This document shows positions 62,979 through 64,000 of a stretch of 64,000 nucleotides of DNA, piece by piece. How positions within the stretch are numbered: position 1 is the stretch's first letter; every line of letters starts with the position of its first letter. The stretch lies in contig BQFW01000008.1 of assembly GCA_020891255.1 (NCBI GenBank), positions 1,426,001-1,490,000 of the forward strand. The letters are read 5' to 3'. Position numbers and translations under genes: made by a program. This DNA is from Entomortierella parvispora E1425. Lineage: Eukaryota; Fungi; Mortierellomycota. The notes under the pieces are model-generated. The model worked only from the letters and a program-made list of their open reading frames with translations. It did not search any database and was not told where the DNA came from.

Positions 62979-64000
62979 CTCGCACCGTACCTTCTTTCTC
63001 TCCTCCCTCCCCTCCTTTCCCCCTCCTTCCCCCTCCTTGGCCCTCCTTCCTTTCCCTCTGCGCATATCCCCTCCTCCATCCACCCCCACATACCTCGCTG
63101 ATCGCACGCTACCCTCCCTCCGTTCACCACCACTCGCGCCACACTGCTATATCAACATCCCTTCTTCGCCTCACACCCACTTGGCTCAGGTAGGGCCAGA
63201 GCTATCCTTAAACAATTCGCCTTTTTCTCATCCTCATCGGCCACTGCACCCCTCCTGGCGATGGGCTTTGTTCGATTTGCTCATGAACCCAGCCAAACAG
63301 TACCCACATGCACAGAGACGATATTTTGCTTTGCCAACCCTGCTGACAGATACGACCGTTATCGGGGTTGCAAGTGGTTCCGTTTGCAATCTTTCATCCC
63401 TCAACTATTTTTTCTGGTCAATGCGGTCACTTCCGTGTTGAGCTCTATCAATCAAAAAAGAGGGGTGGTGAGTAGAGGGATGATGCTCTCATCTCGCCTT
63501 GGTGTTCTTGTCAACCTTGATTGTGGAGAGGGAGGGGGGGGTTCCAATAAACAGAGTCCGTTAGTACGAGGGTTCAGCCAAAAGGCCACAAGGCGTACGA
63601 GCTATCTCTTTGTGTGTTGCAAGACCGCAGTTTGTTTGTTTGTTTGGATGTTTGTGCCATGGTGTGTGTGTTGTTGTCCGTTTTTCCTTCCCCGCCCTTT
63701 TCTTTTGGTTTGTTCTTTTTTTGTTTCTGCCCTTCCTTTCGCTCTGACGCACGATCCACCCTTGGAAGGTGGTGGGGAGCAAGTCCAACTCGAACTGGCA
63801 GACATCTAGGGAGCGCAAGTCCGTGCCCTTTTTTTCCTGTCCTTTTCCTCGCCTTCGCAACGTCCCCATAGCTCGTTCCTGGCTTGCACCACCTCCAGCC
63901 ATGTCCCCTCCCTTGACTTGGCCGAGTGTTTGTTCAACAAACAACAAACAACAAACAACAACAGCAGACATCCACCCCTTGCATCCATCCCATCCCCAAC

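Noticed and set aside
63261-63809. 182-aa + strand ORF near the window end
   Set aside because: No recognisable family, and it runs through GT/T-rich low-complexity DNA; more likely leader or intron of a gene beyond the window.

Overview
This is a gene-dense eukaryotic window with GT-AG introns of mostly 70-150 nt, CT-rich leaders and poly-A/T runs. Gene content and style point to an early-diverging fungus, probably Mortierellaceae (inference). I reconstructed 24 protein-coding genes by hand-splicing: RDS2/AcuM (5'-truncated), MRPL24, RGP1, FRA10AC1, SUMO, RSC9/ARID2, NDUFAF7, GPR107-like, NBP35, BDF1, U2AF1, CDT2, a WW/Gly-rich protein, a 1141-aa His-rich coiled-coil protein, TOK1, an M32 carboxypeptidase, TRIP4/RQT4, HST2, a 1644-aa winged-helix plus double KilA-N protein, NoxR, a Q-rich orphan, HP1/Swi6, SYF2 and a DUF938 methyltransferase. 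I found no rRNA, tRNA, CRISPR array or recognisable transposon. The most notable observations: (1) an intact, spliced M32 metallocarboxypeptidase, a mainly prokaryotic family and an HGT candidate; (2) a regulator joining a GDS1/HARE-type winged helix to two KilA-N/APSES domains, with a 1.7-kb intron inside the winged helix; (3) a 68-nt hairpin with a perfect 17-bp core in the divergent intergenic region upstream of that gene; (4) a large protein with a duplicated His-rich motif and a 38-39-residue coiled-coil period; (5) an apparent GT-GG intron in TOK1; (6) a PTS1-like AKL end on mitochondrial NDUFAF7. All family assignments come from recalled motifs; no database search was run.
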